From positions 1 to 64,000 of the forward strand of contig MU626305.1 in NCBI GenBank assembly GCA_025603075.1: a stretch of 64,000 nt of DNA, written 5' to 3'. Origin of the DNA: Neoconidiobolus thromboides FSU 785. Lineage: Eukaryota; Fungi; Entomophthoromycota. Positions 10,736-23,423 of the stretch are shown one piece after another. The translations under genes were made by a program, and so were the position numbers. The notes beneath the pieces were generated by a model. The model did no database searches. It had not been told where the DNA came from and saw only the letters and a list, made by a program, of their open reading frames with translations. Position 1 is the stretch's first letter. Each line of letters starts with the position of its first letter.

Positions 10736-12362
10736 ATGTCATACAACAACAATCAAAACAGGGGAAATCAACCATTGATGCCTGGGGAACAATATACTCC
10801 TAAATTCCCAGTACCAAATCAAAATCAAGGGCATTCAAATAATCAACAGTACCAAAACTCAAACCAAGATTACTCTGGTGGCCAGTATAATCAATATCAA
10901 AAAGCCAATCAAGATTACCCTGGTAATCAGTATAATAGATATGAAAATGCTAATCAAGGTTATCCTGGAAATAAGCATAGTCAACCTCATGGACAACAGC
11001 AAAATTATAACCAGAATTCTGGGCAGCAGCAATATCAAAATTATGGGCAACAGCAGAATCATAACCAGAATTCTGGGCAGCAACAGAGTTTTGGACAAAC
11101 TTATTTCAATCAACAACAAGAATTCATTGATAATAACATGAACAATTCACCATTCAACTTCCGTAGTAGAGATCACATGTTTGTTGGAGAAGTAAATGGG
11201 CAACAATTACACTTATCTGATTGCAAGTAAGCTCTATTTTAATTCATTTTATAAAAAATAAACATTTTATAGGGGAAATAAAAAAGCGCTATTAATTGGA
11301 ATCAATTATTTTGGTACCAAAGCAGAATTGAGAGGTAATCAATAAAATAATTATTTAAAATTATAGCTTAAATTGACTTAGGTTGTATCAATGATGTTAA
11401 TAATATTGCCAATTTATTGCTACCACGTTTTAATTTCAACAAACAAAATGTTACTATCTTAACTGATGACCAAAAGGAGCCTATGCGTATCCCAAATTAC
11501 AATAACATTATTGGTGCTATGAAATGGTTGGTTGAAGGTGCTCAACCTGGGGACTCTTTATTCTTACATTATTCTGGTAAATTTATTTGCTAATTTGCTA
11601 TTTGATACTGATATTATTAGGCCACGGTGGCAGCCAAAAAGATGAAGGTAAGTCATAAATAACATTCTAGTTTAACATATTTATACTTTGTTTAGATGGA
11701 GATGAAGAAGATGGTTTTGATGAGACTATTTTACCTTTAGATTATGAAGAAAAAGGTCAAATAACCGATGATGTAATTAAATATAGCCATATATATAAGT
11801 AATAACATTTTTATAGTTGTTATTCGATATTTTGATCCGTGATTTACCAAAAGGTGTCCGACTTACTGCTATTTTTGATTCATGTCACTCTGGTTCCGTC
11901 TTAGACTTACCATTCACTTATAAAAATGATGGTACCATCGCAGTTACTGCTAACAGTGATGCTGGTAAAGAATTAGCCTTATCTATCCTTAAAGCAGGTC
12001 TCTCTTTCTCTCAAGGAAATCAAGCTGCTGCCTTAAACTCAGTCGTAGAAGGATTAAGAGGATTTTTAAGTGGTGGTCGTAAATCCCAAGCTCAACTTAA
12101 TACAGAAAAGAAGAAAGTAGTAGCTGATGTTATTCAGTTTGCCGGATGTAGGGATGACCAAACATCTGCCGATGCGGTAATTGCTTCCAAAGCTACTGGC
12201 GCTATGTCTTATGCTTTATGTGAAACTTTAAAACAGAATCCAAATCAAACTTACCTTCAATTATTAAATAGCTTGAGAGGTATCTTGACTGGCAAATATA
12301 CTCAAATTCCACAAATATCTACTGGATATGCTATGGATATTAATAACCCATTTTTTATGTAA
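10736..12362 (+). CDS. MCA1: Type I metacaspase with Q/N-rich prodomain (multi-exon)
   Basis: Spliced: KKALLIGINY...LRGCINDV...HYSG|HGG...DGFDETI...DSCHSG...GAMS. Catalytic His and Cys present. Exon 1 is 10736-11226; last exon ends at 12362. Confidence 0.95.
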
Positions 12363-12498
12363 TAATATATTTTATATAAATAAAGTTATTGGTTGCCATA
12401 TTAAATAAATACCTTTTTATGCTATTAATTTTTATTAAAGATAATACATCAAAAAAATCAATTAATTTAGAAGCATGTTTAATACAAACAGATAAAGG

Positions 12499-13124
12499 TT
12501 AACCTTCTTTCAAACTAGGCTTGATGATAACAATTGGGCAATGGACAGAATGAATGATTGAATCCGAGAAAGAGGTAGACCATAATCTTATAATATAAGT
12601 AAAGTAAAGATAATTAATATTGGTGTTACCTTTGCCAAAAACCAAGATCTCTAGATCCTACAATTAGCAATTCACTGTGGTTTTCTTCTACAAACTTTGA
12701 GATTTGATTGTATGGTTCTTCTATTCCCTTAAGTATTTTGAATTCAACAGGTACATTCTAAAATAAATGTTGTTTGTTAATATTATATTTGTAAATATTA
12801 CAATTACCAGTTCTTTTTTGAATTGGCTACTTAATCTACTCATAAGTGCATCGAATTCTCTCAAATGTTCTTCACCTTCTTTTATAATATATTCAGATAC
12901 GGATGCGAAGTCAGGCTCTATATATAAATTACTATTTTAATATATCTTCTACTTAAATAAGTACCTAAAGCATAGGTTGCAAGGTCCGATTCTACGCAAT
13001 GAGCGAATAGTAGAGTTAAACTAGTTTCTTGGGATAATTTTAAGTTCTCTTTGGACCAATTTATTATATTATTCATCAGTTCATCCTGCTTTGGGTTCAC
13101 ACAAATTACAATATTTTTAACCAT
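12499..13124 (-). CDS. Universal stress protein A (USP) domain protein
   Basis: Spliced: MVKNIVICV...LLFAHCV...LLIVGSRDLG...SFSDSIIHSVHCPIVIIKP; TAA at 12499-12501. Confidence 0.85.
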
Positions 13125-13525
13125 CTTAAAAAAAATTATAGTTCGAGTTTGTTTTATGACTTTTATATGTTTATTCTAAATCTGTGACATCACCCTTAAG
13201 AAATTTAAAAACAAGGTTTGAAACTCAAGCTTAAATGGATAAATAAAATTAAGCTTATTGCCTATTTCATAATTTTTTTTACTTTGAGCATATCAGAAAA
13301 TGATGTATAAATTTGAAATTAAATACTTTGGTAATAAAACAATAAAACAATATTATAAATAACGCTTATAATACTGAAGCTATTCAACATGTAAACCTAT
13401 ATTTATAGTATATAATGTAAAATAAAACTTAGGGTATAGGGGTTGCTTAACTAGGAAGCCAAAAATCAAAATGTAAATCAACTAGAATTTTTCGATTTTT
13501 ACTTTTGTTAGATCACAGATCAAAA

Positions 13526-14425
13526 ATGGCAAAGAGAAAATCAGAAAATAATATTAAGAGAGATGAGAAAGAAATAGAGGAGATAGAAAAGGAGAGAGAA
13601 GAGGAAATAGTAGAAGAAAAGTCAGAGAAAAAAGAATTGGTAGAAGGAGAAGAGGAAGATCTATATAAGCTATTGGAACTAAATAAAGATTGCAATGAAA
13701 ATGAAATCAAGAAAGCGTATTATAAAAAAGCATTAAGATATCATCCAGATAAACAACATAATTTAAAAGAGGAAGATAAGCCCTTAATTTTAAAAAGGTT
13801 TCAAAAACTTCAACAAGCGTATAATATATTAAGTGACCCATTAAAAAGAAAGAATTACGATTTAGGTGTGCCTATTGAGGGACTAGAATCTATTACCAAG
13901 ACATTTGAGGAATGGAGTGACTACTTTAAAGAAGCTTTTTCAGGGAAAGTTACAGAATCGGCAATTGAAAAATTAAAGGAAGAGTATGTTGGGTCTGAAG
14001 AAGAAAAAAATGACATTTTAAGTTATTACCAAAAATATGAAGGAAACATGGATAAAATAATTGAAAGTGTAATGTTTGCAGATTGTGATAATGAAGACAG
14101 AATAACCAATATAATCAAAGGGTCGGTTGATAAAGATGATAGGCTTTACAAAACATTTAAAAAAACCATCACTACAAAATTTAAGATGCAGCGTAAACTT
14201 AGAGAGAAAAAGGAAACCGAAGAATTCAAAAAGGAAAGCGCCAAGAGTCAATTAAGTAGCTTAGCATTAGCAATAAAGGCTAACCAAAAGGAGCGTGGAA
14301 AAATGGCTGATAGTTTCTTTGATCATTTAGAGCAAAAGTATTCAAAGCAGCCAGAGAAGAAGCGGAATAATCAAAGCTCTTCAAAAAATAAATCCGCAAA
14401 AAAAGTTAAAACTAAAACTAAATAA
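13526..14425 (+). CDS. J-domain protein, DNAJC9-like
   Basis: First ATG at 13526; J domain DLYKLL...EIKKAY...LRYHPDK; DNAJC9-type segment Y.GSEEEK.DIL..Y...G.MDKIIESVM; intronless. Confidence 0.9.
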   Translation: MAKRKSENNIKRDEKEIEEIEKEREEEIVEEKSEKKELVEGEEEDLYKLLELNKDCNENEIKKAYYKKALRYHPDKQHNLKEEDKPLILKRFQKLQQAYNILSDPLKRKNYDLGVPIEGLESITKTFEEWSDYFKEAFSGKVTESAIEKLKEEYVGSEEEKNDILSYYQKYEGNMDKIIESVMFADCDNEDRITNIIKGSVDKDDRLYKTFKKTITTKFKMQRKLREKKETEEFKKESAKSQLSSLALAIKANQKERGKMADSFFDHLEQKYSKQPEKKRNNQSSSKNKSAKKVKTKTK

Positions 14426-14484
14426 AAGTACCAAATGCTTTTAACTATGCTATTTTATTAATGTCATCATTTTAATTTAATTGT

Positions 14485-15620
14485 TCATGGTCCTAATAAT
14501 CCTTTAGCTAAAGCAACTTCTGCATTCAATATACTTGAACCTGCTGCTCCCAAGATGGTATTATGAACCAAAAGTGTAAATTTAAGATCCAAAACACTAC
14601 AATTACGTATACGACCAACAGTGATAGAATTTCCACTACCATTTTCACGATCAAGTCTAGGCTGTGGACGATCTTCTTCTTCAGATACATAAATGGCATG
14701 ATCTGGAGCAGAAGGGCAATTAAGTTTCTGTGGGCTAGAAAGATAGGACTCAAAGCATTGCTTGATTTGTGCAGGGGTAGGTGCAGGTCTTCTTTGGAAC
14801 TTAACAGAAACACACATGGTATGACCGTCAACTACAGGTACTCGATTACAAGTAGCGCTGATCTTGAAGCTTTCAGGTAAGTGATTAAAACTTTCTTGAG
14901 TGGGTGATATTTGTCCTAAAATTTTGCGTGGTTCCCATTCAAGCTTTTCTTCCTCTCCGCTAATTAAGGGCACGATATTATCTAATAAATCTAGTGCACT
15001 GCAACCTGGATATCCAGCACCAGAAATAGCTTGTAAAGATGTAACAATTACTTGTTCTAATGGACCGAAAGCATCCATAAGAGGTTTTAATCCAACTACT
15101 AAACCGGTGGTTGAACAATTTGCGTTAGTAACTAAAAAGCCCTTAGTAAGACCATGTACCTTCCTTTGATAAGGAATCAAATTTAAATGGTCAGCATTGG
15201 TAAGTGGAACAACAAGAGGTACACTAGGGTCTCTTCTGTAATTTTTAGCATTTGAGAATACAGCAAAATCAGCCTTCAAAAAGGCCATCTCTTTTTAAAA
15301 ATAAACAATTGGTGATTATAAATAGAAATAAAGTTACCAATATCGCCAGCAAACTCAGCATCTAAACCTGAAAAGATAAGATCACAACCAACAAACTTTT
15401 CAGGTGAGCATTCTTGTACTACCATTCCCTTTACTCTTTCCGGCATACGTTTATTGATCTTCCAACTTGCTGCAGTTTGATAGGCACGCCCAGCTGAACG
15501 ATGGGAAGCACCTAATCGAAATACTTCAAACTGTGGGTGGTCCTCTAATAATAAAATAAAACGTTGACCAACGGTACCAGTGGCACCCAGCACTCCCACT
15601 TTTAACTTTTCTGATGACAT
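14485..15620 (-). CDS. HOM2: Aspartate-semialdehyde dehydrogenase
   Basis: VGVLGATGTVGQRF; NANCSTTG; SATCNRVPVVDGH; intron 15291-15337 joins the two ORFs in frame. Confidence 0.96.
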
Positions 15621-16454
15621 TTTCTAAAGTATATTTAAAAAAAATCGAACTTCACTTTTATTAATTTTTATAAAATGACTAACTTTATATCCTCTTTAAA
15701 TCATCATTTTATTCTTTGTCTTATTAGCGAATTAGATGATTTGGCAGTTTTTTATACGTAAAGTTAATATTTGATAGTATTTTTCATTTTTTATTGATGG
15801 TTTTGAAATTTGTTTTTTATCAATATAATACTTTATAATAAATGCCTGTTATATGTTATTTTATTTATTTTGAACTATAAACACTATCGTATAACAGTTT
15901 AAGATCAAGTATTATATAATGCTTTTTAATGAGTGGAGGAGTTCTAGGCAGCTGTAAATCTTTCTAAGTTAACAGTTGTCTTGAATGTTTAAAAAATCTA
16001 TTAGGAATTTGGGCAAATTTGCCATTCTTAAACTTCGTTGCTCACTCAAAAGTATACAAAATATTTTTAACCCAACTTCACCACTATTATAACAAGCATA
16101 ATAAAACATAATATTTGAAACTAATTTTAGTAAGAGATAAGCAAATGAAATAATTCAATTAAAAATTAATAAAATAATAAAATAACATCAGATTTGACAA
16201 TAATTACATTATCGAATATAAAACTTCATTAACCATTGTTATAAATAATTGTAAGCTTAGCTTGGAGGTTTTGCAAATTCGGGGAAAAAACAACCAAAAA
16301 GCCAATGAAATCTGTATGGCCTTGTGGGGGATTAGCGAATCAAAGAGATCAATCAATCCATATGTTGTAAAAGTGGAAAAATGGATAAATATAAGAATAA
16401 TGAAAAATACTCAAAAATGTAAAAAAGTTAAGTATTGACTTCTATTTATTAATC

Positions 16455-19400
16455 ATGATTACTATAGCTTTATTTAATAGTATCTTATTGTTATTGTTAA
16501 GTTTTTTAATTTACAAATTTCGCTATCAATTATTTTATAGCCAAAATATAGTCAATGTAAATAAAGTGGAAGATAAAGAATATAATTTGGTTAATTATAT
16601 TGAAACTATATTAGATAATGGACAAACGAGGAAACAAAGGATTAGTCATGATCTTATCAATGATATCTTCATTACTCAATTAAATAACCAGAAGATCAAT
16701 ATTAAAAAATTAAAGCAGTTCCCCTTAGTAATAAGAGTATTATTACAGTTGGTAAGTAAAGGGCCCATTTGGTTAATCAAATATTTTATGGATGAAGCGG
16801 ACACATTAAGTATCAATGAGAGTGAATTGATATCGAGTTATAGGGAAAAGGGCTCAATTTTATTAAACAAAAACAATTTAAAGATTCATCTATGTCACCA
16901 TAAAGGGAAAGAGTGTGTTCAATTTAACAGAAGAGTTTTAGAAGCCATTTTGTTAAACTTCCCCGAAGCGAATTTAAACTGTAATAGTTTAGACGTTAAT
17001 ATTAGAATCGAAATGCTTGATAAAATTTTACTACCCATTTTAAACTTCATCCGTGGGGCTGGATATTTACATTATCGTCATTTAGTAAATAAAACTATAC
17101 ACTGGGAGAGCCCAAGTTTTTTCAAGGTAATATTGACGTAATGAGCTTTATTAATAATTAACGAAAATAATTCAGTTAGTTGAAAATATTGGAAAAGAGT
17201 TAGACTCGGATATATTTAGAATTAGAATAAGATTAGCTCATAATTACATCAATGTGGGTGGCCCGCCTGTCAAAGCAGATTTAGTTATAATAGAGTTTCG
17301 ATCCACTGTATTTCATTCGGTTAAAAGTAGAGCTCGATTACAATTGAATAGAGTCAAAATTACATTTGAAGAAGCTAAAAAGAAAGCTAAAGAACATTTA
17401 AAAAACATTAATATTGAAAATGAAGAATCGTTAATTGCAACTCAAGAAGAAATAATGAATTCATTATGTAAGTTGAAACTTTATAGTTGATTAATTCATT
17501 TATTTATATTTTTAGCTGAAGTTAAAGAAGTTGAAGCTGCTACTCCAGAGGCTTATGCTAACGATAAAAAAATAGCTATTTTATTAGATAATGCATTGGA
17601 TCGTTTAGGAAAACTTACAATTAAAGTAAATAATAATAGTAAATAACTAAAGAAGTTGAGTAACAAATGATAATAGGAAGCATTAAATAATTCGATAGTT
17701 ACTGTAAGTAATAAGTTTATTAAAGTAGCATCCAAAAAGTTTTTAGAAGAACAATATCAAATATTATTATCTAAAATTATAGCAAAAAAATTATCGTTAG
17801 TAAGTAATAGTACCAAATTTTATTTAATGTACTCATAACAAATTTTAGAAAGTTGAAGATTTTAATAATAACCCAGGGTTTGAAGAATTTGCAAAGAAAC
17901 AACATATTCATCGCTATTTATATGTGTTTGGACATGAATTAAATGTAAAGGGCAACACTATTTATATACTATTTGAAGGGGATTTAGCAAAATGGGAGGT
18001 AATAAAGTAGTAAAAAACCAAAAGCAATTAAGTAATGACATAAATAAACAGGAAGTAAAATCGAAATTAAAGTATGATAAAGATGGCAGTTTTCAAGGGC
18101 ATTATTCTAAGGATGGTCTAGTCAATTATGGTCTTTATGATTGGGATGAATTTAAACCATTTTATATTGAACGAAATTCGCCACCTAGTTGGGGGAAACG
18201 TTATTTATGTGAGATCTGTTCCTGGATTATTGATAAACCAAGGATTCAAGGGGACCACACCTTCTTAAGATTAAAAACTCCAAAAGGGGAAATATATTCT
18301 GTTGGGCAATATGTTCCATCAAAGGTAACATTAAACTATAAAAAATTTAGTTATATTAATAGTAGTAGTTAGGTTATGATAGGTATATGTTCCCAATGTC
18401 ATTGAAGCCAAGCCGATTTATGTCACCAGATGTATCTGAGTTTTGGAATGGGAATTTCACTACGTTATCGTTTGAAATTACTGAAGCTCAATTTAATAAA
18501 ATGAGACTAAAAGTTGAAACGGATAAAAAAAAACAAATGCATTTGTATCAAGTAATATAATAGTCGTAGTAATAACATAAGAGTTAATGGTATATGTTAT
18601 AGGTTTTTATTGATAATTGTACTATATGGGCCAAGTCAGTTGCTGAACTTGCAGATCTAGAGTTACCTTCTTCTTTAGCTGTATATGACTTAATATTCCC
18701 AAGTGTAACCAACTTTGGTAGAAAGGTAACGTCATTTTCATAATAGTTATAATTACATTAAACTAATAAACTATTAGATACATCGTTGGAAGTATACACC
18801 AAATTTTTTAAAACCTATGACTAAATTATTATGGACTCTAATATTAAATAGCTCTGGGTTGTTGTTAGGCAGTGGTATGGTACATTCAGCAGTTAAAAAG
18901 AATGAAAATTTTAAAAGTGCTGTGCCTTACATTAAAAGTTTCAAAGATTTATTTGATGTTAAAAAAGGAGTATCTGAACATCCATTTGTTATTGGCCACT
19001 ATGTAAAGAACCAAGTAGAAGATTGGCGGGCAGCTAAAATCAAACTGTTAAATGAAAAGAAAGATATATTAACTGAGAAGCTAAATGAATTAAAGGGTAA
19101 ATCTAACCCTGAACTTATCCCTCCTTTAGTATTAACCGACCCACAAATACCGGTTGAACCTTTATTAGCATTTGATAATGGAGAAGAGGCGCTCTTTGAT
19201 TCGCCATTACATTCACCTAATTTTGAGAGTATTAGTAGTCAAAAAGAAGCCAGATTGATTTATTCGCCTATTCAATCGCCTCACCTTACACCTAATACTA
19301 AAGTAAATACCATCAAAGAATTAAAGCAGCAAATTCAAATTATTAATTTAACGATTGAGTCCATTCATTATGCTATGCCGGATAAGTTCAGAAAGAACAA

Positions 19401-19500
19401 AAGAAAGTTATCACATGAATCAGTTCCACAAGTTAAAAAACCTCAAAGAATTCCTTTAAATCGCATGTATTCTACTCCAAATATTCATCAAGAAAGTTAA
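16455..19500 (+). CDS. ~880-aa protein of unknown function, N-terminal membrane anchor, putative permuted papain-like His/Cys motif pair
   Basis: Nine exons splice into one open frame via GT-AG introns (e.g. 17127-17175, 17468-17515, 17800-17848, 17999-18051, 18325-18368, 18552-18602, 18726-18777). Hydrophobic N-terminus; motifs QGDHTFLRL and YQVFIDNCT. The gene model is better supported than the function. Confidence 0.75.
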
Positions 19501-20388
19501 ACGGGTTATTATTTTGTAATAAATACTATATATTGTATGTAACAATCGTGGTTTTAAAGTTTTACTTGTATTTTATAAACAAAACATACTTAATATTAAA
19601 CTATTTATCGTTTTTAATAATAATTATAAATGCTTTTTTTAATTCTTTGAAATAACTCCCCAATATCAAATAACTTAGTTGTCTTGTGATACAGCTACTG
19701 AATAACACTAAGTTATAGTTAAAGTCCAGTTTATTGTAGTAAGGTATAATTTAGTGATGCATCATAATGTATCTTTTATTTCTCTATTTATTGATAAATT
19801 AAAGTTTAGTTTTGTAAAAAAATAGTTAACTCTTATAATAAATTATGTAATTATTTCTGTATTATTGACTGATAAAAAAATTTCAACTTTAATTTTTATC
19901 TATATAGCTTTAAAATCCAAATGGGGCAGGATATAACTTAAAGTGAAAATAACAGAAAAAATAAGTTGTCAAAAGCGAGTTATTAATTCACTGACATTTC
20001 TTTATAGTTAATAAATTAATATTTTCACTAAACATTAAAGCTGAAACCAAAGACGATAATGCTATAAAGTTGATAAATTTTTAAATTAACGTTAAACTAT
20101 TTTTGTACCACTTTTAGCTTTTAATAGATAAATTGTTTAATTTGCTGTTATGATAATACTAAGAATATTACCCATAATAATTATTTACCATTTTTAAAAT
20201 TGACTTACTATTTACACTAATAATCTCAATCAAATATGAACTAAATTTTATTACTAATATTTTATTTTAATAGTGTTTTCTTTTAGTAATATTTTAATAA
20301 ATAATCGATATTAAAATTTAAAATTTTAGTCAATAATAAAATTAATTTATACAAAACAAATATAGATTGAGAAAATTAAAAAGTTTAT

Positions 20389-20778
20389 TTAAAATAATAA
20401 ATCTTCACAAGAGTATAAAGTAGTGTTTAAATTAAAATAGGGGATGCATTCCATTGGTTTTGCTTGATAGATTAGATCTTGGTCGTTATCCTCATTGGCA
20501 TCGTTCAATTGATTTAAGATGACAAAAGATTCTTCACTGATTTCTTCTTCTTCATAATTATCTTCTTCCAACTCATCAAAACAAGAATCCAACCACAACT
20601 CCTCGCCTTCTTCTATGGAATTAAAACTGACATTATCTTCCACCTTATTCTCTTGTTCACTTTTAATATATATATTTCTTAACATTAAATATTTGAATAA
20701 ACTATTATCATCTACTTTAGAGATATTAATTCTATTCAGCTTATTTAAAGTCAAATCTTGTAAGTGTTCCATATTCAT
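20389..20778 (-). CDS. 129-aa acidic protein with SERTA-like N-terminal motif
   Basis: Intronless ORF with ATG; HLQDLTLNKLNR...DDNSLFKYLMLRNI followed by an acidic region ELWLDSCFDELEED. Confidence 0.7.
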   Translation of the reverse strand: MNMEHLQDLTLNKLNRINISKVDDNSLFKYLMLRNIYIKSEQENKVEDNVSFNSIEEGEELWLDSCFDELEEDNYEEEEISEESFVILNQLNDANEDNDQDLIYQAKPMECIPYFNLNTTLYSCEDLLF

Positions 20779-21081
20779 CCTTGATTTCTTGATCTTAGTT
20801 TCTTTGGTTATTAATAGTTGTTATCCTTAAATAAATATACAATAAATGTTTTGTAGAAAATTGTAGCATCTTTAGTTATTATAATTGAGTCTATCTCTTA
20901 AATTTAATAGGTATTATAGTGTAGTAGTAATCTTGAAGTTGATTTATTGAGACATGATAGTAGATTTATTTCAAAAGTAAAAGTAAATTGATAAGTGAAT
21001 TGTTTCTCTTTTTATACTCTTTATTTTAGCTGATAACCCAAATTGATTTGCCTAAAAGTTTAAAAGCTTATTGATAAGACA

Positions 21082-21094
21082 GAATGACTCATTC
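21082..21094. promoter_or_regulatory. Perfect AP-1/Gcn4-type site ATGACTCAT within the palindrome GAATGACTCATTC
   Basis: Seen directly, ~300 bp upstream of the 20778 ATG; function inferred from the motif only. Confidence 0.35.
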
Positions 21095-22806
21095 AAGCTC
21101 TGAGGACTGAACTTGTGGTGAATAAGCTTAGAATTAAATTAAAAACAATTCAAATAATTGTTATTGGCCAATACTTCGATAGCGACTAATCATATTGCTA
21201 ATATCTGTTATTAAAGTTTACTAAGTTTATTATCTTTTATCTAAATCAAAGTGGGTGTGACTACTTTTTTTTTAATATAACATCATTTTTATATTTATTG
21301 GCGCAAAAAGGGGATCTTTTGAAATTTTTTTAGTTACTGCGGATAAAAAGAATATTTGCAGCAATTTAAAAGGATTCATTTTTAAGCTTATCTAGATTGG
21401 CTTATAACCACAAAAATCCATGTAATAGTCAGCGATAATGAGAATGGAAATCAACCAATTATGCCATAACTACAGAGTGTTATAAAAATAACCGTTTGTA
21501 AGATTTATGTAATTAATTGAAAATTAACATTTTTATTAAATTAATTTATTAACCAAGCTATTAAAGCGGGTTTTTATTAACTTTATTCATTTTACCTTTT
21601 AGCCTATTGCGCACATTTTTAGATCTCTTGTTTAGCTTTGATGCCATTTTCATTCAAATTTCACCTTATGATGATACCTGTTCATTCTTAATGTAATTTG
21701 TATAAACAACACGAGTTATACAACAAACGAATATTTTTTATAGATTCAAGTTTATCAAAAAATTATTCTATTCCTCATTTAAAACTTAAACTTCAATAAA
21801 GAACAATTTTGGCTTAATACACTATGCTTAAAATCAACATTCAGCTTTAGAGTTAGTTTTTGGTCTGAATTCATAAGATCACCTCATAATTCATTTTAAA
21901 CTCAATTCATACTTTCTGAATGTAATAAGTTTTTGTAATTTTGATACAAGTCACTATCATTTTTGGACAAAAACATAAACTTATTTAAAATACCCGATTT
22001 TCCAGGTTATATTATCAAGAAATATTTGAAATATCTCTTTCTTTATTTAAATTTGTTTCGCTTTTAGTCTAAAGTCATTATCATTTTTGATAAACATCGG
22101 CTAAAAGTCTAGTATTCATTAAGCTTAAAAAACGACTTTAATGACGAAATCAAACTTCTAAATGCACTTTATAAAACATTTAAATACTTAAAAAACAACA
22201 GATAATGAGGAAGATAAAAAATGTACATAAGATATGCATCATCCATTGTTACTAATTGAAAATAAAATCGCTGATTTAAGATGGGTTATTCGCCCTTTAT
22301 TACGAAAGGGATTTTATTCTTTCTAACAAACGGAGTTTTTTTGTTATTCGCTTATTATATATATATATTTTTGAGAGATACATTTCATATTTTTAGTATA
22401 TATGTTTTTTTAAAGGTATAAATAAAATACAGTGTAGTAACATTTCTTATTAGTGTGTGCTCTAGATAACAAGTGTTTTTATATTTACGTTTTAAACAAT
22501 ATTAATCTCTTATATTTTTATATTTTTGAAATAAATTAAAGTATATTCATAGTCATATTCAATGTTTCAAGTTCGTAATATTATATTATTTTGCTATTTT
22601 ATCATTCTAACTTTGAATTAGTTAATTGTCAATATAGTTTTTCAAAGGAGCCCATTTTTTATACAAACCATATATGATTAAACACACAAAATAATATTAA
22701 TTTAATTAATAAACTGCTTTTTCCTAAAAAGAACTAGAACTATTTTATTTTATTACTTTATTAGACCTAAATGAAATTATTTAAATTCAATTTATCGAAA
22801 TTTAGT

Positions 22807-22912
22807 ATATGGGAGATATGTATTTTTGTTTAAAGTTTTTTTACTAACAATCCTTCCACTCAAATAGTGCTTAAAAATGGAAAAAGTAATGAAACCAAAA
22901 AAACATCCATAT
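22807..22912 (+). mobile_element. MITE-like repeat copy
   Basis: ATATGGGAGATATGTATTTTTG...CCACTCAAATAGTGCTTAAAAATGGAAAAAG...AAAACATCCATAT. Confidence 0.85.
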
Positions 22913-23311
22913 ACTTTATGCTCTATTAAAACTAAAATTAGTTTAACTATAGTTTGTTTTGGAACGCCATTTCTATTATGGATAGTTACAATATATTCAA
23001 AACAGAATGAATAATTTGAAAATAATAGCTTGTCTTATTTATTGAAAAGCTATCAAAAAAGAATTCAAGCTGTAATCTATTATTCAATCACTCTCTTCTT
23101 AGTCTTCTTCTGGCTCTCTCTACTACCTTATATCTTAGTTATATTTACCTCTAAATAACAAGTTACTTGAGAACTCGTCCCCTTTCAAGATTTTAAAAAG
23201 ATCAACTTATTACATTGAAAAATTTTCCTGGCTTAGTATTTTGTTCAATTCTTGATTAGATGAAATTTTGAAAAGATTACTAGTTAATTTTAAGCTAAAA
23301 AATTAAGACTA

Positions 23312-23343
23312 CATGGGGATGTTTTTTTGATTTCATTATTTTC
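23312..23343 (-). repeat. Terminal fragment of the MITE-like repeat
   Basis: CATGGGGATGTTTTTTTGATTTCATTATTTT. Confidence 0.65.
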
Positions 23344-23423
23344 AATACAATTATTCAATAAATATTAAAAACTAAAGATAGCGATAGATACTATTTCACA
23401 GCTTTTTTATTTGGATTGTTATA

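Noticed and set aside
10859-11141. Overlapping I/L-rich ORFs in other frames of the metacaspase exon 1
   Set aside because: Shadow frames of a Q/N repeat region.
13513-15169. Antisense and alternate-frame ORFs over the J protein and HOM2
   Set aside because: Shadow ORFs of well-supported genes. The same holds for those over CDC37, TRP1, SPC25, GLO3, GLR1, IFM1, BRO1 and AHA1.
23040-23260. Purine-biased, partly open minus-strand frame (possible pseudogene)
   Set aside because: Many stops and no recognisable motif; insufficient support.
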